A stretch of DNA of 64,000 bases from Octopus sinensis (Eukaryota): contig NC_043022.1 in assembly GCF_006345805.1 (NCBI RefSeq), forward strand, positions 4,154,001 to 4,218,000, read 5' to 3'. Shown one piece after another: positions 12,884-25,549 of the stretch (its first letter is position 1; the number at the start of each line of letters is the position of its first letter). The translations under genes and the position numbers were made by a program. The notes beneath the pieces were generated by a model. That model was given only the letters and a program-made list of their open reading frames with translations. It did no database searches and was not told where the DNA came from.

Positions 12884-13227
12884 GAAAGAGAAAAAAAAGC
12901 TGATAATAGAACAAGAGGAAAGCTTAGATAATAAAGGCGAGAGTCACATAGTTTGTCTGTTCTATTCCGAGAAGTATAAAAGGAAAGAAGGGGAAGAGAG
13001 AGGGAGGGAGGGAGCCTTGCGGAACAGGTTTTAATTTTGCTTTCAAACAAGAGGATGTTGTGTGTGGGTGTGGGTGTGTGTGCGTGCGTGAGTGTGTGTG
13101 TGTGTGTGTGTGTCTGTGTGTGGCTGCTAAAAGCCACATCCTAGAAATATACACATAAGAGTTTCCTCCCTTCACATCTAGACACCAGGCAAAATACAAG
13201 CCTGGAGCGAAAACAGGAATTATAGAA

Positions 13228-13609
13228 ATATATATATACACACATATATATATATTTCTATAATTATATATATATAATTATATATATATATATACATACA
13301 TATATAGTTATTTATATACATATATATATATATATATATACACATATATATATTTCTATAATTATATTATATATATATATACATACATATATAGTTATTT
13401 ATACATATATATATATATTAGTTATTTATATACATTTATATACATATATATACATATATATAATATATATATATATATAGTTATTTATATACATATATAT
13501 ACATATATATATATATAGTTATTTATATACATATATATACATATATATATAGCTATTTATATACATATATATACATATATATATAGTTATTTATATACAT
13601 ATATATACA

Positions 13610-13659
<50 letters not shown>

Positions 13660-13666
13660 TATATAG

Positions 13667-13725
<59 letters not shown>
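13228..13725. repeat. Compound (TA)n microsatellite with agttattt interruptions
   Basis: Direct inspection. Confidence 0.95.
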
Positions 13726-13726
<1 letters not shown>

Positions 13727-14055
13727 CAATTTAGTTGGTTTCCAAAAAAGCATCCTAGGCAATAATAGAAGGGCCCAGGGGAAACGTGTGATTAAGGAAG
13801 GATGAGGGGAGGGGGCAATTAAATGAAAGTCGTAAAAATAGGGAGGAAGAGGAGTAAAGTGTAATTAGGACATTGGGGGGTGGGGCAGAATAATTATGGA
13901 AGTCACAGAAAAGATAAAAAGGCAGACAATACGAAGAGGAATTTAGGAAATGACACTCGAATGTCTCTGTCTGTTTGTCTGTCTGTCTATATACACACAC
14001 AAAAGCAGGATTGTCCTCAAATTTTCACATAAGAAAATACAGAAGAATTATTTAG

Positions 14056-14088
<33 letters not shown>

Positions 14089-14139
14089 AAACGGACGTTT
14101 GATGATGATGATGATGATGATGATTATACTGATATCTCT

Positions 14140-14555
14140 TTTACTCCTTTTTTTACTATTTTACTTGTTTCATTCATTTGACTGCGGCCATGCTGGAGCA
14201 CCGCCTTTAGCCGAGCAAATCAACCCCGGGACTTATTCTTTTCGTAAGCCCAGTACTTATTCTATCGGTCTCTTTTTGCCGAACCGCTAAGTGACGAGGA
14301 CGTAAACACACCAGCATCGGTTGTCAAGCAATGCTAGGGGGACAAACACAGACACACAAACACGCACATACATATATATATATACATATATACGACAGGC
14401 TTCTTTCAGTTTCCATCTACCAAATCCACTCACAAGGCATTGGTCGGCCCAGGGCTATAGCAGAAGACACTTGCCCAAGATGCCACGCAGTGGGACTGAG
14501 CCCGGAACCATGTGGTTGGTAAGCAAGCTACTTACCACACAGCCACTCCTGCGCC
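14140..14555 (-). mobile_element. SINE family A, full length
   Basis: Reverse complement of the consensus. Confidence 0.9.
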
Positions 14556-14900
14556 TATGTGACATGCATACATAAACAGACGTGTGCGCGAGTAAATATA
14601 TCTAATATATATGGACACACAGACACACACAAATGTATAGACATACAGACGTATCTACATTCATATACATACATCATCACCATTTAAAGAGTGCTGGTTT
14701 TCCGTGCTGGCATGGGTTGGACCCGTCTGACAGGAACAGGCAAGTGGAAGACTGCACAAATCCCTGCTGTCTGCTTTGATACGGTTTCAAGGGCGGGATG
14801 CCCTTCCTAATGCCAGCCCCTTCGGGCTCCAGCACCAGTGTGGGGTCACCAAGTACCTTGCATGATAAATCCTTGCAACTGAGGTGGAAGAGCCGTACTG

Positions 14901-15200
14901 AAGTTAAGTTAATTTTTTGGCTCAAAAAGCAAAAAGCAAGGCCATGTAGGGGGACATGGAGTTATGTACAGGGAGGGTGTTCACGCAAAGAGTTCAGGTC
15001 ATTTCTGGTCAAGAGAGACTTTGAACCGAGTGGCCGTCGGCATCTTCACTATCTCGTCTGGCAGCTTATTCCACGGATCCACAACCCGGACGGAGAAAGC
15101 CCCTCTCCTTCGATTGAGATGAAATCGTCGCAGATAGAGCTTTTCGGAGTGACCCCGCAGCTTACGCTCTGGAGCAGGGGTGAAGAAGGCAGCTTTGTGC
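14901..15200 (-). mobile_element. CR1-clade LINE 3' end
   Basis: Minus frame FFTPAPERKLRGHSEKLYLRRFHLNRRRGAFSVRVVDPWNKLPDEIV...FKVSLD fits the CR1 pattern RGH..KL...FS.RVV..WN.LP, followed by a short 3' UTR and a (taact) tail. Confidence 0.85.
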
Positions 15201-15404
15201 CAGGAGTCGAGAGTTTAAAGTACTACCGGGAGGGGGGGGGCAGAAACGAGTGTCTTGCACGGATTGGCTAATGCCTTCTGAGAGGATTAGGGACACAGAA
15301 ACAGCTACTGGACTAATCCTCTAGCAGGTGGATGCCTATGGAACTGCCCCAACGCTTGTGCCCATGGAAAGCAGACCTTTTACAAACATATTTATATATA
15401 AAGG

Positions 15405-15722
15405 AGCCCTCTGTCGGTACGATGACTAAGGTCCCAGCAGATTCAATCAACGGAACAGCCGGCTCATAAAATTAACGTGCAAGTGGTTGAGTATTCCACA
15501 GACACATGTACCCTTAACACAGTTCTCAGGGAGATTCAGCAAGATACAGAATAGGACAAGGTTGGCCCTTTGAAATACAGAAACTACTCCTTTTTGCCAA
15601 CTGAATGGACTGGAGCAGATTGAAAAATAAAGTGTCTTGCTCAAGGACACAATGTGCTGTCAGGAATTGAACTCATGACCTTTACGATCATGAGCCAAAT
15701 ATCCTAACCATAATCCACATGC
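15405..15722 (-). mobile_element. SINE with tRNA head, CORE-like segment and family-C tail
   Basis: Minus strand ttgtgtccttgagcaagacacttt plus the tail shared with 39233-39610. Confidence 0.75.
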
Positions 15723-15744
15723 CTATATATAGATATTTTATTTT

Positions 15745-16128
15745 CTTCAGTCATTTGACTGTGCTCATGCTGGAGCAATGCCTTTTAGCCAAAGACATCA
15801 ACCATATGACTTGGTCTTTCTATGCCTGGTACTTATTCTATTGGTCTTTTTTGCTGAACTGCTAAGTTACAGGGATGCAAACACACGAACATCAGTTGTC
15901 AAGCGATGGTGGGAGGACAAACAGACAGACACACACACACAGATATATAAATATATATGACTGATTCCTTTTCAGCTTTTGTCTACCAAATCCACTCACA
16001 AGGCTTTCATCAGCCCGAGGTTATAACAGAAAATACTCGCCCAAGGTGCCACGCAGTGGGACTGAACCCAGAACACTGTGGTTGGGAATCAAATCAGGCT
16101 TCTCACCACACAACCACGCCTGCACCTA
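15745..16128 (-). mobile_element. SINE family A, older/decayed
   Basis: Match to the consensus with CpG decay. Confidence 0.8.
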
Positions 16129-16428
16129 TGTGTGTACGTACATGAACACACATACATATGTGCAAACACACAAACGAATAATCCTTCATTAAGGATATTC
16201 CTTAATCCTCCCTCTCTGAAGATTGACTAGTTGGCTTTTATATAGAAATCTTTACTCAATGAGAAATCCATCATATGCACAGCTATTCTCGAAACAGCTG
16301 TAAGAGACTTTATGCCTAACTTAATCCCTTATTCACTCTAACAATTCTGCAATTATATTTGAATTTTAAATTGCATGCTCTAAAGTGACACCACATCATT
16401 TACTTGTTTATTCTTTATTACTGATATC

Positions 16429-16770
16429 GGAGACCCCCTTCGGTCACGACACAGACCATGGGATTGCACCTAAAAAGTTACCTTCCTAGACACAAGTCTG
16501 GGCGAGGTTGTTTATGGAAGACCAGCAGTCGCCCATACATACCAGCCTCTCCTCTCCACACTACTGTTGTTATCCAAGGGAAAGACAAAGGCCATGATAG
16601 AGCTTGGCACCTGTGACGTCACAACTCATTTCTACATCTGAGTGAACTGGAGCAACGTGAAATAAAGTGCCTTGCTCAAGAACACAACACGCAGCCCGGT
16701 CCAGGATTCGAGCTCACAACCTCACAATCGTAAGCTCGACGCTCTAACCACTGAGCCATGCGCCTTCACA
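16429..16770 (-). mobile_element. tRNA-derived CORE-like SINE (family D)
   Basis: Minus head ggcgcatggctcagtggttagagcg...gctcgaatcc, then gttcttgagcaaggcactttatttcac and a distinct tail. Confidence 0.8.
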
Positions 16771-17129
16771 ATTCCTGATATACACATATAAATATTACAG
16801 TATCGGCTAAACTATCAAATTTTTATTATATATATTATTGGCCATAATGCACATCGTTTTAGCTTTTGAATGATGCCACCCCACTGGCTAAGTAAGCAGG
16901 CCAAAATTCCCCCTAATTGGAAGACTAATCTATTGCAGGGTGACCACCATCTACAGTTGAATGGACCGAAATAAAATAAAATGAAATATTTTACTCGGGA
17001 ACACAGCTGAGATTTGAAACTGCGATCTCACAATTGTGAGTACAACACCACTAGGTCATGGGCCTTCACCCATATGAATATATACTCAAGTATATAAATA
17101 CACACACGCATACACGTTTGTTTATATCT

Positions 17130-17398
17130 TTTATTTTTGGTTTCAGTAATTAGACTGTGGCCATGTTGGAGCACTGCCTTGAAGAATTTTTATTTGAACA
17201 AATTCACACACACACACACACTTTTCTTTCAGGCATTTGACTGCAGCCATGGGTCTTTAGTCAAACAAACTGACTTGAGGGCTTATGCTCTGTAAGTCTC
17301 ATACTTATTCTATTGGTCACTTTTGCCAAACTGCTACGTTACGGGGACATAATCACACCAACATCAGCTGTCAAAAGATGGTGGAGGGACAAACACAG

Positions 17399-17451
<53 letters not shown>

Positions 17452-17682
17452 GGGCTTCTTTCAGTTTCCATCTACCAAATCCACTCACACACACACACAT
17501 ATATATATAAATATATATATATACACACACGATGGGCTTCTTTCAGTTTCCATCTACCAAATCCACTCACAAGGCTTTGGTCGACTTGAGGCTATAGAAG
17601 GCACATGCCCAAGGTGCCACGTAGTGGGATTGAACCCAGAACCATGTGGTTGGAAAGCAAGCTTCTTACCACACAGCCACAG
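17130..17682 (-). mobile_element. Decayed SINE family A copies with internal duplication
   Basis: gggcttctttcagtttccatctaccaaatccactcac occurs twice (about 17452 and 17534). Confidence 0.75.
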
Positions 17683-18349
17683 CTATATATATATATATAC
17701 ACACATACACACACAATAATAATAGTGATATTTAAGTAGCATAGGTTTTACATTCTATCTCTTTCCATTTTAAGGAGTTGGGAGAGGGACCACGTTAAAA
17801 TTCATTGTGTAGAATATATTGTTGGACAGATATGATACACATGGTAGATTCTATTCAATAGTTTAAAAAGGGGAGGCAGGAGGAAGAAAAAAGGTTTCCT
17901 CTAAAAGGAGCTACAAAGAAGTAACTGTAATTAATATAGCTTTGTTTATTAATTAAGGGAGGGCTCGTTATATTCTGGGCTGTCAGTCAACCATATGTTC
18001 TCAGATTAATTAGAGCAATCGTTTGAACAGATGGAAATGAAGTGAGCAACACCCCCACCCCCACCCGACAAGTCCCGACGTGTGTGCAAACCTCTAGTCA
18101 CATCGTTCGGCTTTTTATTTGAACCAGTCGTTTGACTGAGACCCTGCTGGAGCAACGTCTTGAGGAATTTCAGTCGAACAAATCAACCCCAGCACTTATT
18201 TCATTAAAGCTTCGTACTTGTTTTATTGGCTTCTTCTGTTGAACTGCTAGGTTATGGGGATGCAAATGTGCCAACACCAGTTTTCAAGCTGTGGTGGGGG
18301 ACAAACACACACACACACACATACATATATATGATAGACTTCTTTCAGT

Positions 18350-18735
18350 TTACTCTTTTACTCTTTTACTTGTTTCAGTCATTTGACTGCGGCCATGCTG
18401 GAGCACCGCCTTTAGTCAATCAAATCGACCCCGGGACTTATTCGTTTGAAAGCCCAGTACTTATTCTATCGGTCTCATTTGCCGAACCGCTAAGTGACAG
18501 GGACATAAACACACTAGCATCGGTTGTCAAGCAATGCTAGGGGGACAAACACAGACACACACACATACATATATACGACGGGCTTCTTTCAGTTTCCGTC
18601 TACCAAATCCACTCACAAGGCATTGGTCGGCCCGGAGCTATAGCAGAAGACACTTGCCCAAGATGCCACGCAGTGGGACTGAACCCGGAACCATGTGGTT
18701 GGTTAGCAAGCTACTTACCACACAGCCACTCCTGC
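18350..18735 (-). mobile_element. SINE family A inserted into an older family A copy (18120-18345 plus ~18740-18770)
   Basis: Young copy nested inside a decayed copy. Confidence 0.8.
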
Positions 18736-18774
18736 TTGTTTAGCAAATCCACTTATGAGGCTTTGCTTGGCCAG

Positions 18775-18809
<35 letters not shown>

Positions 18810-18982
18810 GTATCTCTTATGGCAGGGTCCAAGGTTATGGTTCATCACAATTTTATATTGTAAATCTGTGGTTGAGCTCCAGACAAACTGGCTTCTACAC
18901 ACACACACACAGATATATATATATATATATATATATCCTTTTTCTCAATACACAGTCCCTGTACACCACTTCAAACACACTC

Positions 18983-19225
18983 ATCATCGTTTAACGTCCG
19001 TTTTCCGCGGTAGCACGGGTTGGACGGTTCGACCGGGGTCTGGGAAGCCAGGGGCTGCACTAGCTTCCAGTCTGATCTGGCAGAGTTTCTACAGCTGGAT
19101 GCCCTTCCTAATGCCAACCACTCCCATGAGTGTAGTGGGTGCTCTTCACGTGCCACCTGCACAGGTGCCAGGGGGGTCTGGCATCGGCCACAATCGGTTG
19201 GTGCTTTTAACGCGTCACTGGCATG
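18983..19225 (-). mobile_element. (GAT)n-tailed RTE-related SINE
   Basis: catcatcgtttaacgtccg...ctacagctggatgcccttcc. Confidence 0.8.
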
Positions 19226-19325
19226 GAGGCCAGATAATCTATATATAATTCAGTTGAACCAGGTACTTAAATTGAGGCCCCTTGCTAGGTTGGTATAATC
19301 CATACACCCAAACAATATTAATAAA

Positions 19326-19555
19326 GGCGGCGAGCTGGCAGAAACGTTAGCACACCGGGCGAAATGCTTAGCGGTATTGCGTCTGTCGTTGCGTTCTGAG
19401 TTCAAATTCCACTGAGGTCGACTTTGCCTTTCATCCTTTCGGGGTCGATAAATTAAGTACCAGTTACGCACTGGGGTCGATGTAATCGACTTAATCCATT
19501 TGTCTGTCCTTGTTTGTCCCCTCTATGTTTAGCCCCTTGTGGGCAATAAAGAAAC
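19326..19555 (+). mobile_element. SINE family B, full length
   Basis: ggcggcgagctggcagaaacgttagc head through the aataaagaaa tail. Confidence 0.9.
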
Positions 19556-19828
19556 ATATATATAATTCAGTTGAGTTAGCTACTTAGATTAAGGCACCTT
19601 GCTAGGTCGGTATGATCCATACACCCAAACAATATTAATTGAATATTGAATATCAAGATCCGTGCAGGGGTGTTTGTACCTGATATTCCTGCCGTGTGTG
19701 CAGACAACGCCACCCAGCTAAGTGAAGATATCCACCCATCGCAATTCAGACATGTACTTTTTATAAGGGTACTTTCTATAGTATCTCTGAAGTGCAGATT
19801 CCAAGGTAGATGAACAGAATATAAATAT

Positions 19829-20060
19829 ATTTCTTTTACTACCCATAAGGGGCTAAACGTAGAGGGGACAAACAAGGACAGACAAAGGGATTAAGTCGAT
19901 TACATCGACCCCAGTGCATAACTGGTACTTTATTTATCGACCCCGAAAGGATGAAAGGCAAAGTCGACCTCGGCGGAATTTGAACTCAGAACGTAACGAC
20001 AGACGAAATACGGCTACGCATTTCTTCCGGCGTGCTAACGTTTCTGCCAGCTCACCGCCT
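19829..20060 (-). mobile_element. SINE family B, full length, TSD agaatataaata
   Basis: Reverse complement of the consensus, with a 12-bp direct repeat on each side. Confidence 0.9.
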
Positions 20061-20726
20061 TAAAAGAATATAAATAACAAAGATGTGTCAATACATATTG
20101 ATAAAATTTATTGTGTGCTGAGATGAAGATTAAACGATTGGCCCCAACATAGAATGTCTCCCTCACCTTAAAGAAGACCTGCCAAGAAGTTGAGTATTTC
20201 CTTCAGACATTGCTACTGCACCAACACTAGGGCTGACCCTAATTGGGTTAGTAATGATAATTGAAACAAGGAGAGTGGGACAGCCTCCAGCATGGCCAGA
20301 CCCTTTATTCATACATTTCTTGTCTAAACCAATGTTTCTTTAAACAATAGTGTCAACAAGACTTCCTTTCAAGGCTTTTTGGCTGTGGTCATTCAAAGCT
20401 GAAGTGGCAGGCATAGTAATAGTAGTAGCAGTAGTGAGGGGGAGGAGGAAGAGTGATAAGGGTGAGTGCCTGAGGAAGGAGAGATGGAGGTAGTGGTTGC
20501 AATGACATTGGGGAGAGTGGATAGATGGTGGTGGTGGTGATGATGACTACAAGGAAGGGGAGGGGAGAGAGAGAGAGTGTGTGTGTGTGGGTGAAGGGTG
20601 GTGGTGTCCACAGACACAGAAGTGAGACAGAGGGGGGAAGCTGTTGTGGTTGGCAACAGCCACAGTGAGAAATACTGAGCAGAGGGAAATAGGGAGGGGA
20701 ACCAGGGCATTCATGGCTAATGGAGA

Positions 20727-20758
<32 letters not shown>

Positions 20759-22089
20759 AAGAAAGAGAGAAGGGACAAGGATGGCGGGGGGGGGCAAAGA
20801 CACTTTTTTGTGAATGGAGAAAGAAGGGAGTAAAAATTGAGGCAAGTGTTGTTGAGGGTGGTGGTGAAAGGGAAAAGTCCCCTCCACCAGACAAGAAGGG
20901 CTGGTGCTGGGTAGGGGGCTGTGAGAGAGAGGGAGGGAGGGAGGGAGGAGGGATCAGCATGAAACAATTAAATGGGTAAAGGATAATGCATACACATGTA
21001 AGGAGGAAATAAAATCAATAAGTGGCAAGATTATATCCAAATCTGCCATTAGTTCTCTCATTTGACAGCAACCCTACCACAGAGATATTTCCCATGGGAG
21101 GGAGGAAGTGGTGGGAGCAGAGAGGGGATGGGGGAAGTGCCAGCACCCCACCCCAATGGGCAAGGGCTTTAGTCAGAACATTCCTGGGCTGGTCTAAAAT
21201 AATACAAGAAGAAAAAAAATTGGGGTAAAAAAAAAAGAAGCCAAGTTGACTTTTAGGGGATTCTCAAAGCAGGGAGGAACCTCAGTTGCTAGAAATAACA
21301 ATGAGATATCAAATGTCCCTCCTAACATGCCCTCCTCACTGAAAGATATATTGGATAATGTAATTCTAGATACCATCTGTTTGGATTTAAGACAGGATGC
21401 TCATGGCTGGAAGTGTGCTGGCTCAGTGATGATCTGAGATTAAATAACTCTAACAAAGCCACGGAAAGGGAAAAGTTTATAAAAGTGAGGGCAATGGATA
21501 AGGGCTTTAGTCGGAACATTGGTGGGCTGGTCCAAAATAGTGAAGGAAGGAAAAATAGGGTAAAAGCAAGTTGAATTTTAGGACATTCTCAAAGCAGTGA
21601 GGAACATTGGCTGCCAGAAACAGCAATCAAAACTCCCTCGTTACACACCCTACTTACTGAAGATACACTGAAAAATAGAGTTTCAGACACAATCAGTTTG
21701 GGATTAAACTGGGTGGTCGTGGTTGGGGGTGCTTTGGCTCAATGATGACCTGAGATTAAACAATAAAGACCAAGCCACAGAAAGCGAAAAGAAGTTTGCA
21801 GAAGTGAGAAAATGGTTTAATTTTGTAACGAAGCAGTTTGGAACTTTTAATAGTAAATACTGTGGGCTTTTGACTGTCAACCGGCAGCTGTGTGCACATG
21901 GCTGGACAAGGGTTCCATCTTTCTTTTGGTGTAAATTGTTCATAGATGCAAGTCTGCTCTCTTGAAGAAAAGAAAGGCCATTCTTAAAAGGCTGGTGGCT
22001 TCAATGTCATGACAGGTGCTACCATCGGAATGTAAGGGCCAGTAAAAATACCACAAGGCACACCGGCCAAGTCTCTGACAAACCTGCCG

Positions 22090-22592
22090 ATCTACAGCCC
22101 TGGACTGGTACTTATGTAATGACCCTGAAAGGACAAAAAGTCAAGTTGACTCTGGTGGGATTTGAACTCAAGGCTTAGCAGAGAATCAGAGAAAATACCA
22201 TAAGGTATTTTACCCAGGGTGGCAAAATGTTTAGTGGTATTTCGTCTGCTGCTACGTTCTGAGTTCAAATTCTGCCGAGGTCGACTTTGCCTTTCATCCT
22301 TTCGGGGTCGATTAAATAAGTACCAGTTATGCACTGGAGTAGATATAATCAACTTAATCTGTTTGTCCTCTCTGTGTTTAGCCCCTTGTGGGTAGTAAAG
22401 AAAAGGTGTTTCGTCTGCCACTACGTTCTGAGTTCAAATTCCACCGAGGTCGACTTTGCCTTTCATCCTTTCGGGGTCGATTAAATAAGTACCAGTTACG
22501 CACTGGGGTAGATATAATCGACTTAATCTGTTTGTCTGTCCTTGTTTGTCCTCTCTGTGTTTAGCCCCTTGTAGGTAGTAAAGAAATAGGTA
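22090..22592 (+). mobile_element. Tandem family-B SINE fragments
   Basis: Core gtcgactttgcctttcatcc at about 22280 and 22449, with a decayed copy before them. Confidence 0.8.
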
Positions 22593-24850
22593 TTTTACCC
22601 AGGGATCTACAGACACTTAGAGGTAGATTTATGAAACTTAACAAATTTATTTCAGTTAAGTGAAATAATGGTGTATAAAGGATTGGTGTGGAACCTGACC
22701 CTCCAGCTGGATCCTGTTGGATAGACACAATGGCACCAAAGATTCAGATGTCACATTTAGGGAATAAAAGAAGGGGTTACTGGAGAGGATGTCTACTATT
22801 GTCTCCAGGTCTAGGAGAGAGTTAAGCTCAGCACTTACAGACTAACAGACAGACACTGTGTGTGTGTGTGTGGGGGGGGTAGGAGTCTCCAATTAGTTGC
22901 TAGGAATAGCAGGGCAAGTAATTTCTCCAAAACCACTCTATCATCACCATTTAACCATCCCTCCTCCTCCTCCATGCTGGTATGGGTTAGGCAGTTCAAG
23001 AGGGGATGGTAACCCGGCAAGCTATGACAGACTCCATTTGTTTGTTCTGGCATGAAGGACACACAACTGGGTGCCCTTCCTAAAGTGCCAACCATTTCAC
23101 ATAATGTATCAGGTGCTTTTAACATAGCACCAGCACAGGTGACTTTGCTTAAAAATAACGGTCACAAGGTGTAATGTAGGCGAAGGTACATTGTGTCTGA
23201 GCCTAAAAGACTCGGACAGTCACAGCTGTAATGCTTTTGTTCAGAGGTCAACAGAACCAGTGCTGGCCAGAGGCTAAAGCACAATGATAGACTGACCACT
23301 CACACAGCACCAAAACTGTACAGACCCATTTCTCCCCCCCCCCGGTGTCCTTATGGCTAAAGATTAAGAACCAATTGTCTCTGCCTCACAGACACAACAC
23401 AGATCCTTTATGCCCATTTGGTTAAACCCAATCCTGCTGTGGCCTTCACTAAAAACCATTGCATTGCACATAGAACAAACAAGCCTTTGATGGAAGAAGC
23501 AATCCTTCCAGAAGACACTGTAGTAGCCATGTCTAGCCTCTATCGAAACTAGACAGGCAGAGATAAGACAACATAGACTCACAAATAAATACAGGAATCT
23601 TTGTCGCCAACTCACCACCACCACCACCTCCTCCACATTTCAACATTTATTTTTCGCTCAGTTGAATTAATTTGCTTAAGTAGATGTAAATGTTGTTGTA
23701 ATTGAATAAATGAATGCCGACTATTTCCGTGTGGTTTTGTAACAAATGATGACGACGATGATGATGATGATGATGACAATGATGAGGATGATAAACTAAA
23801 CAAGTGAAAAATAAACAATGTTTTTTTTTAGGAAAAGAAGAGAAATTAAATGGAAACGCAACGGAGATTAGTGACAGCGGAATGGAAAATAACAAAGTAA
23901 GACTATTTACAGTCGTTCCAACTCCAGAACCCCGCCATTCCCATCAGTGCCATCACCAAAACCATTGTAGATGATAGTTAAATATTTTTAGAATCCTCAC
24001 ATCTCATTCGTGTGTGTGTGTATGTGTGTGTGTACATGTGTGTAAATATGTGTGTGTTTGTGTGTGTGTGTGTACATGTGTGTAAATATGTGTGTGTGTG
24101 TGTGTGTGTAAGCAGCGCAGGCCAGCGAAGGTGAATGACGAGATAAAAGTATTAGGTGTACACCACGGTTTATATTAAGTTAAACCATCGTAACCGATAT
24201 TTATTTGCAGATCTACAAAAACACTGTGTGCGCGTGCACACGTGCGTGTGTGTGTACGCGCACACGAGTGCGCGGTTATGGCAGGAAGATGTAATATATT
24301 TCATAAAACCAGTCGGGGGAATTCGACTAGATTGAAGCTGCGCAGTAAAATACATAAATATTTTGCTTTATAGACATTAAACATAATACATTAGGATATC
24401 AAAAGCAAGTGACACACAGACACGCACACACACACACACACGCATGCACACAATCGCAAGGAAATCGTGGGGGGGGGCGGGGGAGGTGGCAGCATAAATG
24501 AGGGTGGTGATGGTGGCGGCGGCGTCGTTGAGATAACCATTTAAAATTACATACATAAATGAATACAGCAATGTAGTAAAGCTAAAAGGTAAGTTATCAA
24601 GTCTATCAGATTAAGCAAAGGGTTTAATGAGAGAGTGGGAGGGAAGGAGGGAGGGGGAAGAAGAGGAGGAGGAGGAAGAGGAGGGGGAGGAGATAGAATG
24701 GTAGAAGGAAACAAGCGATTACATTACTGGCGAGGCGGCAATGGCCTTTCGCAATAGTTCTGCTTGTAATATCAGATTGAATCCCCATGCATGCGACCGT
24801 AACGAAAGAAGGCGGCAAGCAGCCAATCGGCGAAGAAAAGAAATACTCAC

Positions 24851-24950
24851 TGTGTCCATGGCATTTATCGTGGTTTCATCCATTGATGCCGCTTGACAAC
24901 CATCATCCGTGGAGCCGGCATCACACATGCCAGCAAAGGCAGCGACGCTC
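24851..24950 (-). CDS. RERE: RERE coding exon (100 nt; ELM2: [33 protein letters not shown])
   Basis: Acceptor atttccag and donor ACA|gtgagt. Close to RERE/Atrophin [26 protein letters not shown]. Phase 2 in, phase 0 out. Confidence 0.97.
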
Positions 24951-25054
24951 CTGGAAATATTTAGAAAGGAAAGAACAGCATTGGAAAGCAGTTTAGAGAG
25001 TACTCGATCGATTTGGAAACCTCAAGGGCAAACAGAGGCCTGCCGCCATGTTGA

Positions 25055-25402
25055 GGGAGAGAGAGAGAGCAAGATGGAGATGGAGAGAGAGAGAGAGAAA
25101 GAGAGATGGAGAGAGAGAGATGGAGAAGGAGAGAGAGAGAGCAAGATGGAGAGAGAGAGAGAGATGGAGAAGGAGAGAGAGAGAGAGCAAGATGGAGAGA
25201 GAGAGAGAGAGAGAGCAAGATGGAGATAGAGAGAGAGAGAGAGAAAGAGAGATGGAGAGAGAGAGATGAAGAGAGAGAGATGAAGAGAGAGAGAGAGATG
25301 GAGAGAGAGAGAGATGGAGAAGGAGAGAGAGAGAGATAGAGAAGGAGATGGAGAGAGAGGGAGAGCAAGATGGAGATGGAGAGAGAGAGAGATGGAGAGA
25401 GA
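25055..25402. repeat. (GA)n-based compound microsatellite just upstream of the acceptor of exon 24851-24950
   Basis: Direct inspection; reads as a long CU-rich tract on the pre-mRNA strand. Confidence 0.92.
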
Positions 25403-25516
25403 ACACCTATTTGTAGATGTAATCTGTCTTACTCTATAAAGACAAGATGAAGAATAGAATAGAGCAATTGAAATATAAGTATATACATTTAGAGTGTGCG
25501 CATGTATATGAACATG

Positions 25517-25549
<33 letters not shown>

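Noticed and set aside
24909-25406. Arg-Glu (RE) dipeptide ORFs that could be mistaken for the RE repeats of RERE; also 4353-4565 and 49100-49466
   Set aside because: They are (GA)n microsatellites on the strand opposite the gene; the real RE repeats lie far C-terminal, outside this window.
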